A stretch of 64,000 nt of DNA from an uncultured Burkholderiales bacterium (GCA_937944385.1 CALDYQ010000018.1:1832-65831); one strand, 5' to 3'. Counted from the stretch's first letter, positions 1 to 11,268 are shown. The notes: generated by a model not told the origin, from the sequence alone. Numbers and translations are program-made.

Positions 1-910
1 CGTGCGAAGGCAGCGGGGCAGACGGCGGCACATCCTCTGCAGGCTGCGCCTGCTGCGCTCGGAGTTCGTTGAGCAACGTGCGGAACTCGAAGCGCTCGAA
101 CAGTTGTCGCAGTTCGCTCTCATCCGCAGGGCGGATCAGAAGATCGGTCACGCCGTAGGGCAGTTCCAGATCGCATTTGACGGTGAGCAGCCTGCGGCCT
201 TCCGGCAGCCAGTCGAGCGCGCGCCGAAGGTTCTCGCCGACGGCACCACCGATTTGATCGGCCGAGGCGATGATGCGGTCGAGCGAGCCGTACGCCTTGA
301 GCCACTTGGCGGCGGTCTTCGGCCCGACCTTGTCGACCCCGGGCACGTTGTCCACGTTGTCGCCGATGAGCGTGAGGTAATCGATCATCTGCTCGGGGCG
401 AACCGCAAACTTTGAGACGACGCCGGATTCATCGAGCACTTCGCCCGACATCGTGTTTTTGAGCGTGATCGTGGGTGAGACGAGCTGCGCGAGATCCTTG
501 TCACCCGTCGAGATCACGCAGGCGATGCCGTCGCGTTCCGCGGCACGGGCGAGCGTGCCGATCACGTCGTCGGCCTCGACGCCGGGCTCCACGATGAGCG
601 GCCAGCCCTGGGCGCGGATGAGCGTGTGCAGGGGCTCGATCTGGGGCCGCATGGCCTCGGGCATCGGCGCGCGGTTCGCCTTGTATTCGGGGTACCAGTC
701 CTCTCGAAAGGTCTTGCCCGGCGCATCGAACACGACGGCGAAGTAGTCGGGCGCCTCCTGTGCGACCAGTTGCCTGAGCATCGTGAATACGCCACGGATC
801 GCGCCCGTGGGCTCGCCTGCGCGCGTGCGCAGATCAGGCATCGCGTGGAAGGCGCGGTACAGGTAAGATGAGCCGTCGACCAGCACCAGTTTTTTCGAGG
901 CGTGAGCCAT
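1..910 (-). CDS. polA: DNA polymerase I, N-terminal 5'-3' exonuclease domain (partial, runs off the left edge)
   Basis: Absent from the ORF track. Manual minus-strand translation from ATG at 910 gives MAHASKKLVLVDGSSYLYRAFHAMPDLRTRAGEPTGAIRGVF...VVFDAPGKTFREDWYPEYKANR, the typical PolA N-terminus. Confidence 0.96.
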   Translation of the reverse strand, partial: MAHASKKLVLVDGSSYLYRAFHAMPDLRTRAGEPTGAIRGVFTMLRQLVAQEAPDYFAVVFDAPGKTFREDWYPEYKANRAPMPEAMRPQIEPLHTLIRAQGWPLIVEPGVEADDVIGTLARAAERDGIACVISTGDKDLAQLVSPTITLKNTMSGEVLDESGVVSKFAVRPEQMIDYLTLIGDNVDNVPGVDKVGPKTAAKWLKAYGSLDRIIASADQIGGAVGENLRRALDWLPEGRRLLTVKCDLELPYGVTDLLIRPADESELRQLFERFEFRTLLNELRAQQAQPAEDVPPSAPLPSH

Positions 911-1664
911 GGCAGTGAAAGAGCCGTCCGAGAAAGCGCGGACCCAATTGAAACACGCAGCGCGGGCCGTGGGCCGGAGCGCACTCGATCTGACGCCAGG
1001 GCAGGAGTCATGGCGCGCGCTGCAGATGATGTCGGAGTTCGTCTACGCGACCGAGAAGCTCCGGCCGGTCAAGCCCGCGGTGTCGATCTTCGGCAGCGCG
1101 CGTATTCAGCCCGGGCACCGCTGGTACGAGCGCACGGTGGAGCTCGCCCGATTGCTCTCGGACGCCGGCTTTTCGGTCATCTCGGGTGGTGGCCCGGGCA
1201 TCATGCAGGCGGCCAATCAGGGCGCTTTCGCGGGCGAGAGCCTGTCGATCGGGCTCAATATCCAGCTGCCCCACGAACAGCACGGCAATGCCTGGCAGGA
1301 CATGGGGATCTCGTTCAAATATTTCTTCAACCGCAAGCTCGCCTTCATCCGCTCGAGCATGGCGCTCGTCTGCATGCCGGGGGGCTTTGGCACGCTCGAT
1401 GAACTGTGCGAGGCGTTGACGCTCGTACAGACCGGCAAGACGCGGCGTATCCCGATCATCCTCTGCGACGGCGCGTTCTGGGGCGGGCTGCTCGAGTGGA
1501 TGCGGCGCGAGCTCGAAGGCAACCGCCTCATCTCACCCGGCGACGTCGATCTGATGCAGGTCATCGACGAGCCGCAGGCCGTCGTGGACGCGATCTTTGA
1601 TGCCTATGAGCGCGAGGGGTTTGCTCCGTCGCAGGAGGAACGGGCGCTCATGTTCAACGTCTGA
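909..1664 (+). CDS. LOG/TIGR00730-family Rossmann-fold protein (nucleotide phosphoribohydrolase-like)
   Basis: Motifs SIFGSAR, GGGPGIMQAAN and PGGFGTLDE (PGGxGTxxE LOG signature). Start could be 909 or GTG 915. Confidence 0.9.
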   Translation: MAVKEPSEKARTQLKHAARAVGRSALDLTPGQESWRALQMMSEFVYATEKLRPVKPAVSIFGSARIQPGHRWYERTVELARLLSDAGFSVISGGGPGIMQAANQGAFAGESLSIGLNIQLPHEQHGNAWQDMGISFKYFFNRKLAFIRSSMALVCMPGGFGTLDELCEALTLVQTGKTRRIPIILCDGAFWGGLLEWMRRELEGNRLISPGDVDLMQVIDEPQAVVDAIFDAYEREGFAPSQEERALMFNV

Positions 1665-1733
1665 GAGAACGCCCGCTCTTTCTTTGCTGCGCGATCGTCT
1701 TGCGCGCGCTGAGTACGCTCTGCGGGTACTCGC

Positions 1734-2372
1734 TCAGGTTGTCGTGCGAACCAGCGTGGAGAGATCCTCGGCAATCACCGCAGGCTCGGTTTCATGCTTG
1801 ATCATGAGCCGAAGGCGGCCTTGGCCGTCGAAGGCATACATCTGCGTCGAATGATCGACGAGATAGGTGTTCTCGTCCTTCACCTGCGCCTTCTGGTAGA
1901 TGATCTTCCACTCCTTCGCCGTCTCGGCGATCTGTTGCTCGCTGCCCGTCAGCGCAGCAAAGCTCGGATTGAACGCTCGGACGTAGTCGGTCAGGAGCTT
2001 GGGTTGGTCGCGCTTTGGGTCGACCGTGACGAAAACCACCTGCACCTTCGCAGCCTCTTCAGGCTTCATCTTTGCGAGGGCTTCGTTCAGCTTGGTCATG
2101 GTCGTCGGACAGAAGTCCGGGCAGAACATGTAGCCGAAGAAGAAGATCGTGACCTTGCCACGATAGCTCTCGAGCGTGCGTGGCTCGCCGGTGGCCGCGT
2201 CAGTGAGCGCGAGCGAGCGGGCGAAATTTGCCCCAGTGATGTCGGTCGTCTTGAACGAGAGTTTCGGCCCGCTGCCCTGGGAGCAGCCGGCCAGGCCCAA
2301 GACGCCGCCCAGAACGACTAGCGTTGCGCCGGCGAGCATGCCTCGCCGCGCTGGGTCAGTGCTTGTGCCCAT
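1734..2372 (-). CDS. SCO/SenC-family copper chaperone, predicted lipoprotein
   Basis: FGYMFCPDFCP (CxxxC) and conserved His in YLVDHS; RR plus hydrophobic stretch plus LAGC lipobox. Start chosen at ATG 2372 (alternatives 2339, 2384). Confidence 0.9.
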   Translation of the reverse strand: MGTSTDPARRGMLAGATLVVLGGVLGLAGCSQGSGPKLSFKTTDITGANFARSLALTDAATGEPRTLESYRGKVTIFFFGYMFCPDFCPTTMTKLNEALAKMKPEEAAKVQVVFVTVDPKRDQPKLLTDYVRAFNPSFAALTGSEQQIAETAKEWKIIYQKAQVKDENTYLVDHSTQMYAFDGQGRLRLMIKHETEPAVIAEDLSTLVRTTT

Positions 2373-2853
2373 GGTCGTGTCCATGATGGTGGTGTCCCCT
2401 CTCGGCAAGGACGTCGAGCTTCACTTCACCCGCCTTCTCGAAGCGCAGCGTGAGCGGGAAGCGGTCACCCTCCTTGAGCGGTGCCTTGAGACCGATCAGC
2501 ATGATGTGCAGCCCGCCGGGTTTGAGCTCGACCTTGCCATTGGCCGGAACGTCGAGCGCCTTGACCTCGCGCATGCGCATCACGCCCGCCTCACGCACCA
2601 TCGTGTGGATCTCGATCTTGTCGGCGACCGTGCCGCTGACCGCGAGCAGGCGGTCAGCCGCCCCCTTGTTCTCGATCGTGAAGAAAGCGGCCGAGTTCTT
2701 TATGGCTGCACTCGAAGTCGCGCGTGCCCAGGGGTGATGGATCGTGAGGCTTCCGACGACGACCTTGTCATCGTGCTTGTGGGCGTCGCCTGCGAACGCC
2801 GATGGCACAAAAGAAAGCGACGCGCTGAGGAGGAGGGCGGAAAAAAGCTTCAT
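2356..2853 (-). CDS. Copper chaperone PCu(A)C family, periplasmic
   Basis: Signal peptide; HPWARAT, EIHTM...GVMRMR, LKPGGLHIMLIGL motifs; His-rich C-terminal tail; adjacent to SCO. Confidence 0.92.
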   Translation of the reverse strand: MKLFSALLLSASLSFVPSAFAGDAHKHDDKVVVGSLTIHHPWARATSSAAIKNSAAFFTIENKGAADRLLAVSGTVADKIEIHTMVREAGVMRMREVKALDVPANGKVELKPGGLHIMLIGLKAPLKEGDRFPLTLRFEKAGEVKLDVLAERGHHHHGHDHGHKH

Positions 2854-2946
2854 GAGTGTGATTTTGTAACGGGTCGAGCGGGGATTGCTGAGACTTCACT
2901 ACGCCGATTGCGGTTCCAATGACGCGCGTCAAAACGACGCGACGTT

Positions 2947-5541
2947 TCAGGTGAGCGTTGCCAGCGCCTCGTCGAGCTTGTTCGCCTCCGTGCCGCCCGC
3001 CATGGCCATATCGGGGCGGCCGCCTCCCTTGCCGCCGACGACCGCTGCGGCACGCGCGACGATCTCGCCGGCCTTGAAGCGGCCGATCAGATCGGCCGTG
3101 ACGCCGGCGCAGAGGCTCACCTTGCCGTCGGGCGTGACGCTGCCCAGGAGGATCACGCCGCTGCCCAGGCGGTTCTTCAAATCGTCCACCATTTCGCGCA
3201 GGGACTTCGCATCCGCGGCCTCGACCCGTGCCGCAAGCAGCCGCACACCGTCGCGCTCCACGGCGCGAGAGACGAGATCTCCGCTCGATGCGGCAGCGAG
3301 TTTGCTCTTCAGGGCGGCCAGTTCCTTCTCGACCGCCTTCACGTGCTCCTGCAACTGGGCAATCTTCGTGACGACCTCAGCCGTGGGGGCCTTCACTGTT
3401 TCGGCGATGCGCGCAAGCCGCGCCTCCAGCTCCTGGGCATAGGCGACGGCGCGATCGCCAGTGACCGCCTCGATCCGTCGTACACCGGCAGCTACACCGC
3501 CTTCGGAGACGATCTTGAAGAAGCCGATATCGCCGGTGCGGGCCACGTGGGTGCCGCCGCAGAATTCCTTCGAGGTGCCGATCGTGAGCACGCGCACCTC
3601 GTCGCCATACTTCTCGCCGAAGAGCATGACCGCACCCGACGTCTTGGCCTGCTCGATGGGCATCACGCGTGCCTCGGTGCCCGTGTTGGCGAGGATTTCG
3701 GCGTTCACGCGGGCTTCGACCTCGCGGATTTGTGCCTCGGTCATCGGGGCATTGTGGGCGAAATCGAAACGGGTCTTGTCGGCATCGACGAGCGAGCCCT
3801 TCTGGGCCACGTGCCCGCCCAGCACTTCGCGCAGCGCCTTGTGCATGATGTGAGTCACCGAATGGTTGCGCATGATGCGCTCGCGGGCCTCGCGATCGAC
3901 CTGAGCGTCGATCCTCTGCCCGACCGAGAGCGTGCCCGCGGCGACTTGACCGTGGTGGCCGAACACATCCGGCATGACCTTTTGTGTGTCTTCGACCACG
4001 AAGCGGGCGCCCTCGGCCTTGAGCTCGCCACGGTCACCTACCTGACCGCCGCTCTCGGCGTAAAAAGGGGTCTGGTCGAGCACCACGACGCCGCGCTCGC
4101 CCGTGGAGAGTTTCTCGACGGGCGTACCGTCACGATAGAGCGCGACGATGCGTGCGCTTTCGGCAAGGCGCTCATAGCCGTGAAAGGCGGTCTTGGGCCC
4201 ATCGTAGGCGAGCACCTCGGCGGCCTTGAACTTGCCGGCGGCACGCGCCTGGGTGCGCTGCTTCTCCATCGCGGCCGCGAAGCGCGCCTCGTCCACCGCC
4301 ACGCCGCGTTCGCGGCAGACATCGGCGGTGAGGTCGAGCGGAAAGCCGTAGGTGTCGTAGAGCTGGAAGGCGACCGCGCCGTCGAGTGTCTTGTCGCCCT
4401 CGGCCAGCGCTCGCTCCAGGATCGCCATGCCGTGGGTGAGCGTTTCGCCGAAGCGCTCCTCCTCGGTCCTGAGCGCTTCGATCACGCGGGGCTTGGCGGC
4501 GGTGAGTTCCGGATAGGCGGCGCCCATCTCGCGGTCGAGATCCTCGACGAGCCGGTGGAAGAACGGCTGGGTCTGGCCGAGCTTGTAGCCGTGCCGAAGC
4601 GCGCGCCGGATGATGCGGCGAAGCACGTAGCCACGGCCCTCGTTCGACGGAATCACGCCGTCGGTGATGAGAAAGGCGCAGGCGCGGATGTGGTCCGCGA
4701 TCACGCGCAGGGAGGGGTTGTCGAGGTCGGTTGTAGCGGTCTCGCGCGCCGCGGCCGCGATCAGGGCCTGAAAGAGGTCGATCTCGTAGTTCGAGTGCAC
4801 GCCCTGCAGAATGGCCGCGAGGCGCTCGATGCCCATGCCGGTGTCGATCGAGGGTTTGGGCAGCGGCTTCATCGGCCCGTCCTTCACCTCGCGCTCGAAC
4901 TGCATGAAGACGAGATTCCAGATCTCGATGTAGCGGTCACCATCAGCCTCAGGCGACCCCGGTGGCCCGCCTTCGACCTCGGGGCCGTGGTCGTAGAAGA
5001 TTTCGCTGCACGGGCCGCAGGGGCCAGTGTCGCCCATCATCCAGAAGTTGTCGCTCGCGTAGCGCGCGCCCTTGTTGTCGCCGATGCGCACGATGCGCTC
5101 GACCGGCACGCCCACCTGATCGCGCCAGATCGCGTAGGCCTCGTCATCCTCGGAGTAGACGGTGACCCAGAGCTTTTCCGGCGGCAGCTTGTAGACGGTG
5201 GTGAGCAACTCCCAGGCGTACGCGATGGCGTCCTGCTTGAAATAGTCGCCAAAGGAGAAGTTGCCCAGCATCTCGAAGAACGTATGGTGCCGGGCGGTAT
5301 AGCCCACGTTCTCGAGGTCGTTGTGCTTGCCGCCGGCACGCACGCTGCGCTGCGCGGTGGTGGCGCGCACGTAAGGGCGTCGGTCGGCACCGGTGAACAC
5401 GTCCTTGAACTGCACCATGCCGGAGTTCACGAACATGAGCGTCGGATCGTTCGCGAGAAAGAGCGGCGACGAGGCCACGCGCGTGTGCCCCTTCGATTCA
5501 AAGTAGGCGAGGAACTTTTCCCGGATGTCGGCGAGTTTCAT
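2947..5541 (-). CDS. alaS: Alanine--tRNA ligase
   Basis: From ATG 5541: [52 protein letters not shown], editing-domain HSVTH and FCGGTH, C-terminal [15 protein letters not shown]. Confidence 0.99.
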   Translation of the reverse strand: MKLADIREKFLAYFESKGHTRVASSPLFLANDPTLMFVNSGMVQFKDVFTGADRRPYVRATTAQRSVRAGGKHNDLENVGYTARHHTFFEMLGNFSFGDYFKQDAIAYAWELLTTVYKLPPEKLWVTVYSEDDEAYAIWRDQVGVPVERIVRIGDNKGARYASDNFWMMGDTGPCGPCSEIFYDHGPEVEGGPPGSPEADGDRYIEIWNLVFMQFEREVKDGPMKPLPKPSIDTGMGIERLAAILQGVHSNYEIDLFQALIAAAARETATTDLDNPSLRVIADHIRACAFLITDGVIPSNEGRGYVLRRIIRRALRHGYKLGQTQPFFHRLVEDLDREMGAAYPELTAAKPRVIEALRTEEERFGETLTHGMAILERALAEGDKTLDGAVAFQLYDTYGFPLDLTADVCRERGVAVDEARFAAAMEKQRTQARAAGKFKAAEVLAYDGPKTAFHGYERLAESARIVALYRDGTPVEKLSTGERGVVVLDQTPFYAESGGQVGDRGELKAEGARFVVEDTQKVMPDVFGHHGQVAAGTLSVGQRIDAQVDREARERIMRNHSVTHIMHKALREVLGGHVAQKGSLVDADKTRFDFAHNAPMTEAQIREVEARVNAEILANTGTEARVMPIEQAKTSGAVMLFGEKYGDEVRVLTIGTSKEFCGGTHVARTGDIGFFKIVSEGGVAAGVRRIEAVTGDRAVAYAQELEARLARIAETVKAPTAEVVTKIAQLQEHVKAVEKELAALKSKLAAASSGDLVSRAVERDGVRLLAARVEAADAKSLREMVDDLKNRLGSGVILLGSVTPDGKVSLCAGVTADLIGRFKAGEIVARAAAVVGGKGGGRPDMAMAGGTEANKLDEALATLT

Positions 5542-5602
5542 GGCGATGGGGGTGGGTGGTGCGGTGGCAGGCGGGCAGGCGGCGCCAGGCAAGCTTGGAA
5601 GT

Positions 5603-6991
5603 TTAGTTGGCGGGTGGGGTTGGTCGGTCGCTCGCCACGACCGGGACTTCTCCTCGCGCCAGGCGCAGGCGCAGGGCGTCTCCCGGACGGACGCGCGCCG
5701 CATCGCTCACGACGCCGCCTGCGGCATTGAAGACGACGGCGTAGCCCCGCTCGAGCACGCGATCCGGATCGAGCAGAGCCAGCGCGTCCGCGGCGCGCAT
5801 GAGGCGTTGGCGTGGTCGGTCGCAGACCGTGCGGGCTGCGACGGCCATTCGCGCTTCGAGGCGGGCCAGACGCTCGGCAGCCAGGCGGGTGGCTCCGCCA
5901 TGGGCGACGAGCGCATGCCAGCGGGCATCGAGCCGCGCGTGCCGTTCACGCAAGCGCTCGGTCGCGCGCGCAAGCGCCCGGGCGAGCCGCGTGGCGAGGC
6001 CGAATGTGCGCTCGCGCCACGGTGCAAGTAGCGTTTGCGTCGAGGCGATGCGTGCCGCCGCACGATCGAGACGCTGGGCCAGTTGCTCGAGGCGTCGGCT
6101 CTGGGCGCGGGCGAGTCGTTCGCCGAGCATGGAGACGCGGGCCGCGATCTCCGAGGCATCCGGTGTCGCGAGCAGCGCTGCGGCGCTCGGCGTGGGCGCG
6201 CGCAGGTCTGCGGCGAAGTCGCACAGGGTGAAGTCCGTCTCGTGCCCGACCGCGCTGACGATGGGCAGACGCGAAGCGGCCACTGCACGCACGAGGGCCT
6301 CGTCATTGAACGCCCAGAGATCCTCCAGGCTGCCGCCGCCGCGGCCGATGATGAGCAGATCGCACTCCGCCCGCACGTTGGCCACCTCGACGGCGGCACG
6401 CAGTTCCGCCGGCGCGGCGGCGCCCTGCACCGAGGCGGGATAGAGGATCACCCGGGCGAGCGGCCAGCGGCCCCGGAGCACGCGCAGCATGTCGGCCAGT
6501 GCCGCCGCCTCGCGCGAGGTGATGATGCCGATCGAGCGCGGGAAGGCCGGCAGCGGGCGCTTTCGTGCCTCGTCGAACAGGCCTTCGGCGGTGAGCCGGG
6601 CCTTGAGGCGCAGGAAGGCTTCATACAGCTCGCCCGCACCCACGGCGCGCACCTGCTCGACGATGCATTGCAGCTGGCCGCGCGGCTCGTAGATCGCGAC
6701 CCGCACGCGGCATTCCACGGCCAGGCCATCGGCGAGCGCGAAGGGCACGAGTGCCGCGCGGTTGCGAAAAAGCACGCAGGCGATCTGCGCGCGATCGTCC
6801 TTGAGGTCGAAGTAGGCGTGGCCGGAGGCGGCGCGCTTGAAGCCCGAGATCTCGCCGCGCACCCAGAGGAGCGGGATCGCGCGATCGAGCGCCTGCGTGA
6901 TCCTCGAGAGCAGTTGCGACACGCTCCCAGCGGTCGCACCCGCGGGTGCCGCAGAGGCGCTTGTGGGATCCTCATTGCGTGGGTTTGTCAT
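5603..6991 (-). CDS. xseA: Exodeoxyribonuclease VII large subunit
   Basis: [12 protein letters not shown]-fold, [53 protein letters not shown]. Confidence 0.97.
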   Translation of the reverse strand: MTNPRNEDPTSASAAPAGATAGSVSQLLSRITQALDRAIPLLWVRGEISGFKRAASGHAYFDLKDDRAQIACVLFRNRAALVPFALADGLAVECRVRVAIYEPRGQLQCIVEQVRAVGAGELYEAFLRLKARLTAEGLFDEARKRPLPAFPRSIGIITSREAAALADMLRVLRGRWPLARVILYPASVQGAAAPAELRAAVEVANVRAECDLLIIGRGGGSLEDLWAFNDEALVRAVAASRLPIVSAVGHETDFTLCDFAADLRAPTPSAAALLATPDASEIAARVSMLGERLARAQSRRLEQLAQRLDRAAARIASTQTLLAPWRERTFGLATRLARALARATERLRERHARLDARWHALVAHGGATRLAAERLARLEARMAVAARTVCDRPRQRLMRAADALALLDPDRVLERGYAVVFNAAGGVVSDAARVRPGDALRLRLARGEVPVVASDRPTPPAN

Positions 6992-7178
6992 GGACAGGAT
7001 TCTGGCTCAGTCTTTCGAGGCTCGGAATGTTTCGCCCCTCTTGACACAGGCATGCAGGGCTTTGAAAACGATTCAAACCATTGATGGCAAAGCGATTTTT
7101 CCTGCCGCGGTGCTGGGCAGGACGGCAAAGGCGCAACCAGACGTCCTTTGCGCGGGGTCGAATCAGTTGTTCTCGGGC

Positions 7179-7201
7179 TTATCCACAGGTGCTGTGGACA
7201 A
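7179..7201. promoter_or_regulatory. Inverted pair of DnaA-box-like 9-mers
   Basis: TTATCCACA (7179-7187, perfect consensus) and TGTGGACAA (7193-7201, reverse complement TTGTCCACA, one mismatch), 5 bp apart, in the xseA-glnS divergent intergenic region. Confidence 0.55.
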
Positions 7202-7344
7202 TTCGGGCGCCGCTGGAAGCCTCATGACGACGGGCTTTCGCGCGGTGCCATCAGCGTTTCGCCCGTGCCGACACGATTTATGTGACATCTGTGCGACGGC
7301 TAAAATGCTGCGACTGCACAAGGGCGCGTTTGTCCAGTTTCAGC

Positions 7345-9057
7345 ATGTCCAATGTCAAAGCCGGCACCCACGTCGGCAGCCCGGCCGCGCCTGCGGCTCC
7401 CGCCGTCTCCAACTTCATCCGCCAGATCATCGAGGCCGACCTCGCGAGCGGCAAGCACGGCGGCGCGGTGGTCACGCGCTTCCCGCCAGAGCCGAATGGC
7501 TACCTGCACATCGGGCACGCCAAGTCGATCTGTGTGAATTTCGGGCTGGCCCGCGACTACGGCGGACGCTGCCACCTGCGCTTCGACGACACGAACCCGG
7601 TCAAGGAAGATGTCGAATACGAGCGTTCGATCAAGGAGATGGTCGAATGGCTCGGCTTCTCGTGGGGTGAGCATCTTCACCACGCAAGCGACTACTTCGA
7701 CACGCTGTATGCGTTCGCTGAACACTTCATCGAACGCGGCCTCGCGTATGTCGACAGCCAGAGCGCGGACGAGATGCGTGCCAATCGCGGCACCTTTGAG
7801 AAGCCGGGCGTGGACTCGCCCTTCCGCAACCGGAGCGTCGAAGAGAACCTGCGGCTCTTCCGCGAGATGCGTGATGGCAAGCACCCCGAGGGGGCGCACG
7901 TTCTCCGGCTCAAGATCGACATGGCATCGCCGAACCTCAACCTGCGCGATCCGGCGATCTACCGCATCCGCTTTGCCGAGCACCACCGCACCGGCAATCG
8001 CTGGTGCATCTATCCGCTCTACGACTACACGCACTGCATCAGCGACGCGCTCGAGGGGATCACGCACTCGATCTGCACGCTCGAGTTCGAGGCGCATCGA
8101 CCGCTCTACGACTGGATACTCGCACGGTTGATCGAAAGCGGAAAGCTCAAGCCGCCTGCGCCACAGCAGATCGAGTTCGCGCGTCTGAACGTGAGCTACA
8201 CCGTGATGAGCAAGCGCAAGCTGCTCGAACTGGTCGCAACGGGCGTGGTCTCCGGCTGGGACGATCCGCGCATGATGACCCTGGTCGGCCTGCGTCGGCG
8301 GGGCTTCACGCCGGCATCGATTCGCCTCTTCGCCGAGCGCGCCGGGGTGTCCAAGGCGCATCAGTGGATCGACATGGCCGAACTCGAGCGCGCGCTCCGC
8401 GATGACCTCGATCCGAAGGCGCCTCGCGCGATGGCGGTGACCGACCCGGTGCGCGTCATCATCGAGAACTGGCCCGAGGGGCAAGTCGAGCGCCTGTCAG
8501 CCCCGGTGCATCCGCATGACGAAAGTCGCGGCCGCCGTGAGTTCCTCATCGGGCGCGAGGTATGGATCGAGCGCGACGACTTCCGCCCCGCACCGGAGAA
8601 GGGCTTTTTCCGGCTCGTCCCCGGCGGCGAAGTGCGCCTGCGCTACGGCTACATCATCCGCTGCGAACGCTTCGAGACGGATCAGGCGGGCAAGGTGACG
8701 ACGATCCACGCCACCTACGACCCGGCCACGAAGAGCGGCACGCCCGGGGCGCGCAACGTGAAGGGGGCGATCCACTGGGTGGCGGCGGCCGATGCGCTCC
8801 CAGCGGAATTCCGGCTCTACGATCGACTGTTCCGCGTACCCGATCCGGATGCCGAGGGCGGCGACTACCGTGACCATCTCAATGCGGATTCGCTCAAGGT
8901 GCTTCGGGGCTGGGTGGAGCCGACGCTCAGCGACGCCACTCCGGAGACGAGTTTCCAGTTCGAGCGGCTCGGCTACTTCTGCGCGGATCGGGTCGACTCG
9001 CGTCCTGGCCAGCTCGTGTTCAACAAGGCCGTCGGGCTCAAGGACGGCTGGAAATAG
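7345..9057 (+). CDS. glnS: Glutamine--tRNA ligase
   Basis: TRFPPEPNGYLHIGHAKS (HIGH), RFDDTNP, VMSKR motif, FQFERLGYF. Start set at ATG 7345. Confidence 0.98.
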   Translation: MSNVKAGTHVGSPAAPAAPAVSNFIRQIIEADLASGKHGGAVVTRFPPEPNGYLHIGHAKSICVNFGLARDYGGRCHLRFDDTNPVKEDVEYERSIKEMVEWLGFSWGEHLHHASDYFDTLYAFAEHFIERGLAYVDSQSADEMRANRGTFEKPGVDSPFRNRSVEENLRLFREMRDGKHPEGAHVLRLKIDMASPNLNLRDPAIYRIRFAEHHRTGNRWCIYPLYDYTHCISDALEGITHSICTLEFEAHRPLYDWILARLIESGKLKPPAPQQIEFARLNVSYTVMSKRKLLELVATGVVSGWDDPRMMTLVGLRRRGFTPASIRLFAERAGVSKAHQWIDMAELERALRDDLDPKAPRAMAVTDPVRVIIENWPEGQVERLSAPVHPHDESRGRREFLIGREVWIERDDFRPAPEKGFFRLVPGGEVRLRYGYIIRCERFETDQAGKVTTIHATYDPATKSGTPGARNVKGAIHWVAAADALPAEFRLYDRLFRVPDPDAEGGDYRDHLNADSLKVLRGWVEPTLSDATPETSFQFERLGYFCADRVDSRPGQLVFNKAVGLKDGWK

Positions 9058-9135
9058 CCGACGCGGGCGCGAACAGGCCGTGCGGCCCGGCGGTTACACT
9101 GCCGGCCGTCTCGGCACTCTTCGACTTGCGCGCAC

Positions 9136-9744
9136 ATGTGGGAACTCATCAAGGCGGCCGGCTGGCCCATCTGGCCGCTGATCGCTGTCTCCGTCGTGGC
9201 TCTCGCTCTGATCATCGAACGCGCAGTTACCTTGCGGCGCGCGCAGGTGATTCCTCCGGGGCTCACCGATAAGGTGATCGAGGAGTACCGGAAGAAGGGG
9301 CTCTCGCAGGAACTGGTCAACCTCACCGCCGCCCAGGGGCCGCTCGGGCAGGTCCTGGCGTCGGGGCTCGCCAACATCCGCTCGCCACGGCCCGTGGTCA
9401 AGGAGGCGATCGAAGCCACCGGCGTGGTCGTGGCCCATGGCCTCGAGCGCTACCTCAACGCCCTGGCCACCATCGCCACCGCGGCGCCTCTGATGGGCCT
9501 CTTGGGCACCATCATCGGCATGATCGAGATCTTCGGTTCTCAGAACGCGGCGGGCACCGATCCGGCGCGGCTCGCGAGCGGCATCTCGGTCGCGCTCTAC
9601 AACGCGGCCATGGGCATCATCGTAGCGATCCCCGCGCTCATGTTCTACCGCTACTTCCGCGGCAAGGTCGACGCGCTCCTGATCGAAATGGAGCAGCAGG
9701 CGACCCGACTCGTGGACGTGCTGCACGGTGATCGCGCGAAGTAG
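9136..9744 (+). CDS. MotA/TolQ/ExbB proton-channel family protein
   Basis: Three TM segments; APLMGLLGTIIGMI and GISVALYNAAMGIIVAIP motifs. Confidence 0.93.
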   Translation: MWELIKAAGWPIWPLIAVSVVALALIIERAVTLRRAQVIPPGLTDKVIEEYRKKGLSQELVNLTAAQGPLGQVLASGLANIRSPRPVVKEAIEATGVVVAHGLERYLNALATIATAAPLMGLLGTIIGMIEIFGSQNAAGTDPARLASGISVALYNAAMGIIVAIPALMFYRYFRGKVDALLIEMEQQATRLVDVLHGDRAK

Positions 9745-9758
9745 CGGAGCGCCTGGCC

Positions 9759-10178
9759 ATGAATTTCCGACGGGGACGCTTCCGCGAGGAGCCGGAGATC
9801 AACCTGATTCCGTTGATCGACGTGCTGCTCGTGATCCTGATCTTCCTGATGGCGTCGACGACCTACAACAAGCTCACGGAGCTCAAGATCACGCTGCCCG
9901 AGGCGGAGGCCGAAAAGCAGGCACAGCGCCCGAAGGAGATCACCGTCGGCATCGATGCAAGTGGGCGCTTCGCGCTCAACAAGACGGTGTTCCAGTTCAG
10001 TGGCGTGCCCGCGCTGGCCCAGGCGCTCAAGGACGCTGCGCAGGGCGCGACCGATCCGGTGATCATCATCAACGCCGATGCGGCCGCGAAGCACCAGGAC
10101 GTCATCTACGTGATGGAAGCGGCGCGCACGGCGAACTTCCCGAACATCACGTTTGCGACCCAGGCCCCGTCGCGCTGA
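9759..10178 (+). CDS. ExbD/TolR family biopolymer transport protein
   Basis: EINLIPLIDVLLVILIFLM N-terminal TM motif; IINADAAAKHQDVIYVMEAAR. Confidence 0.93.
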   Translation: MNFRRGRFREEPEINLIPLIDVLLVILIFLMASTTYNKLTELKITLPEAEAEKQAQRPKEITVGIDASGRFALNKTVFQFSGVPALAQALKDAAQGATDPVIIINADAAAKHQDVIYVMEAARTANFPNITFATQAPSR

Positions 10179-10221
10179 ACGCCTTCGCCCCGAGCACGAA
10201 GCGCGAAACCCAACCGCTCGC

Positions 10222-11268
10222 ATGATCCGTCGCTGGCTCGAGCGGCAGTGGTGGCAACCGAAGCCCGGTGCCGCGTGGTTTCTCGCCCCCCTGTCATGGC
10301 TTCACGGCGTCGTCATCCGGCTACGTCGTACGCTGTATCGGCGCGGTGTCCTGGCTCGTGGTCGTGCACCGGTGCCGGTCATCGTCGTGGGCAACCTGGT
10401 CGTCGGGGGCACGGGTAAGACGCCGTTCACAGGGGCGCTGATCGACGCGCTCTCAGAGGCCGGTTTCCGTCCGGGGGTCGTGAGTCGCGGCCATCCGGTA
10501 GCGCCCGCCACACCGATCGTGGTCACGCGAGCCTCGCCGGCCGAGCACGTGGGCGACGAGCCGCTCATTCATGCAGCGCGCGGCGTGCCTGTCGTGGTCT
10601 GTCGCGACCGACTGCGCGCCGCGCGCCACCTGTGCGCGCACGATCCCGCCGTCGATGTGATCATCGCCGATGATGCGCTCCAGCATGCACGGCTCGCGCG
10701 GGACATCGAGATCGAACTCGTGAGCGCCGAGCGGGGGTACGGCAACGGTCAGCTGCTGCCCGTGGGGCCCCTGCGTGAGCCCCTCGAGCGGGCGGCGACG
10801 TGCGACTTCCGCGTGTTCGTCGGTGACGATGCGCCGGGCGTTCGGCGGGCAGGGCCGCCGGGGTCGCCCGAGCCGTGGCTTGTCCGGCGGGCGCTGGTGT
10901 ACCCCAGGCACCTGCTGACCGGGCAGACCGCCGGGTGGGACGCTTTTCAGGGGCGCCGCATCACGATCATGGCCGGCATCGCGCACCCGGAGTTGTTCGC
11001 CCGGGCGCTCGAGCGCCACGGCGTGGCGGGCACACTCGTCGCCTTGCCCGATCACCACGTCTACCGAGCGGACGATCTAGCGCGCCTCGACGACGCACCG
11101 ATCCTCGTGACCGAGAAGGATGCGGTCAAACTTGCCCGATTCGCGGACGCGCGCGTCTGGGTCGTACCGTTGCGGCTCGAGTTGCCCACGGCTTTCGTGG
11201 CTACACTCACCGGCCGCCTGCATGCGTTGCGCGGTGCGGCCACCCGGTCGCCCGCCGTCGAGTCATGA
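10222..11268 (+). CDS. lpxK: Tetraacyldisaccharide 4'-kinase
   Basis: [15 protein letters not shown]-loop, VSRG, GDEP, DDALQH, TEKDAVK. Confidence 0.96.
   Translation: MIRRWLERQWWQPKPGAAWFLAPLSWLHGVVIRLRRTLYRRGVLARGRAPVPVIVVGNLVVGGTGKTPFTGALIDALSEAGFRPGVVSRGHPVAPATPIVVTRASPAEHVGDEPLIHAARGVPVVVCRDRLRAARHLCAHDPAVDVIIADDALQHARLARDIEIELVSAERGYGNGQLLPVGPLREPLERAATCDFRVFVGDDAPGVRRAGPPGSPEPWLVRRALVYPRHLLTGQTAGWDAFQGRRITIMAGIAHPELFARALERHGVAGTLVALPDHHVYRADDLARLDDAPILVTEKDAVKLARFADARVWVVPLRLELPTAFVATLTGRLHALRGAATRSPAVES

Noticed and set aside
3343-5730. 795-aa plus-strand ORF, and similar long ORFs such as 36689..40693, 17951..18412, 40732..42456 and 54209..55867
   Set aside because: Antisense shadows of real genes, caused by high-GC codon bias. 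No motifs or independent start signals.
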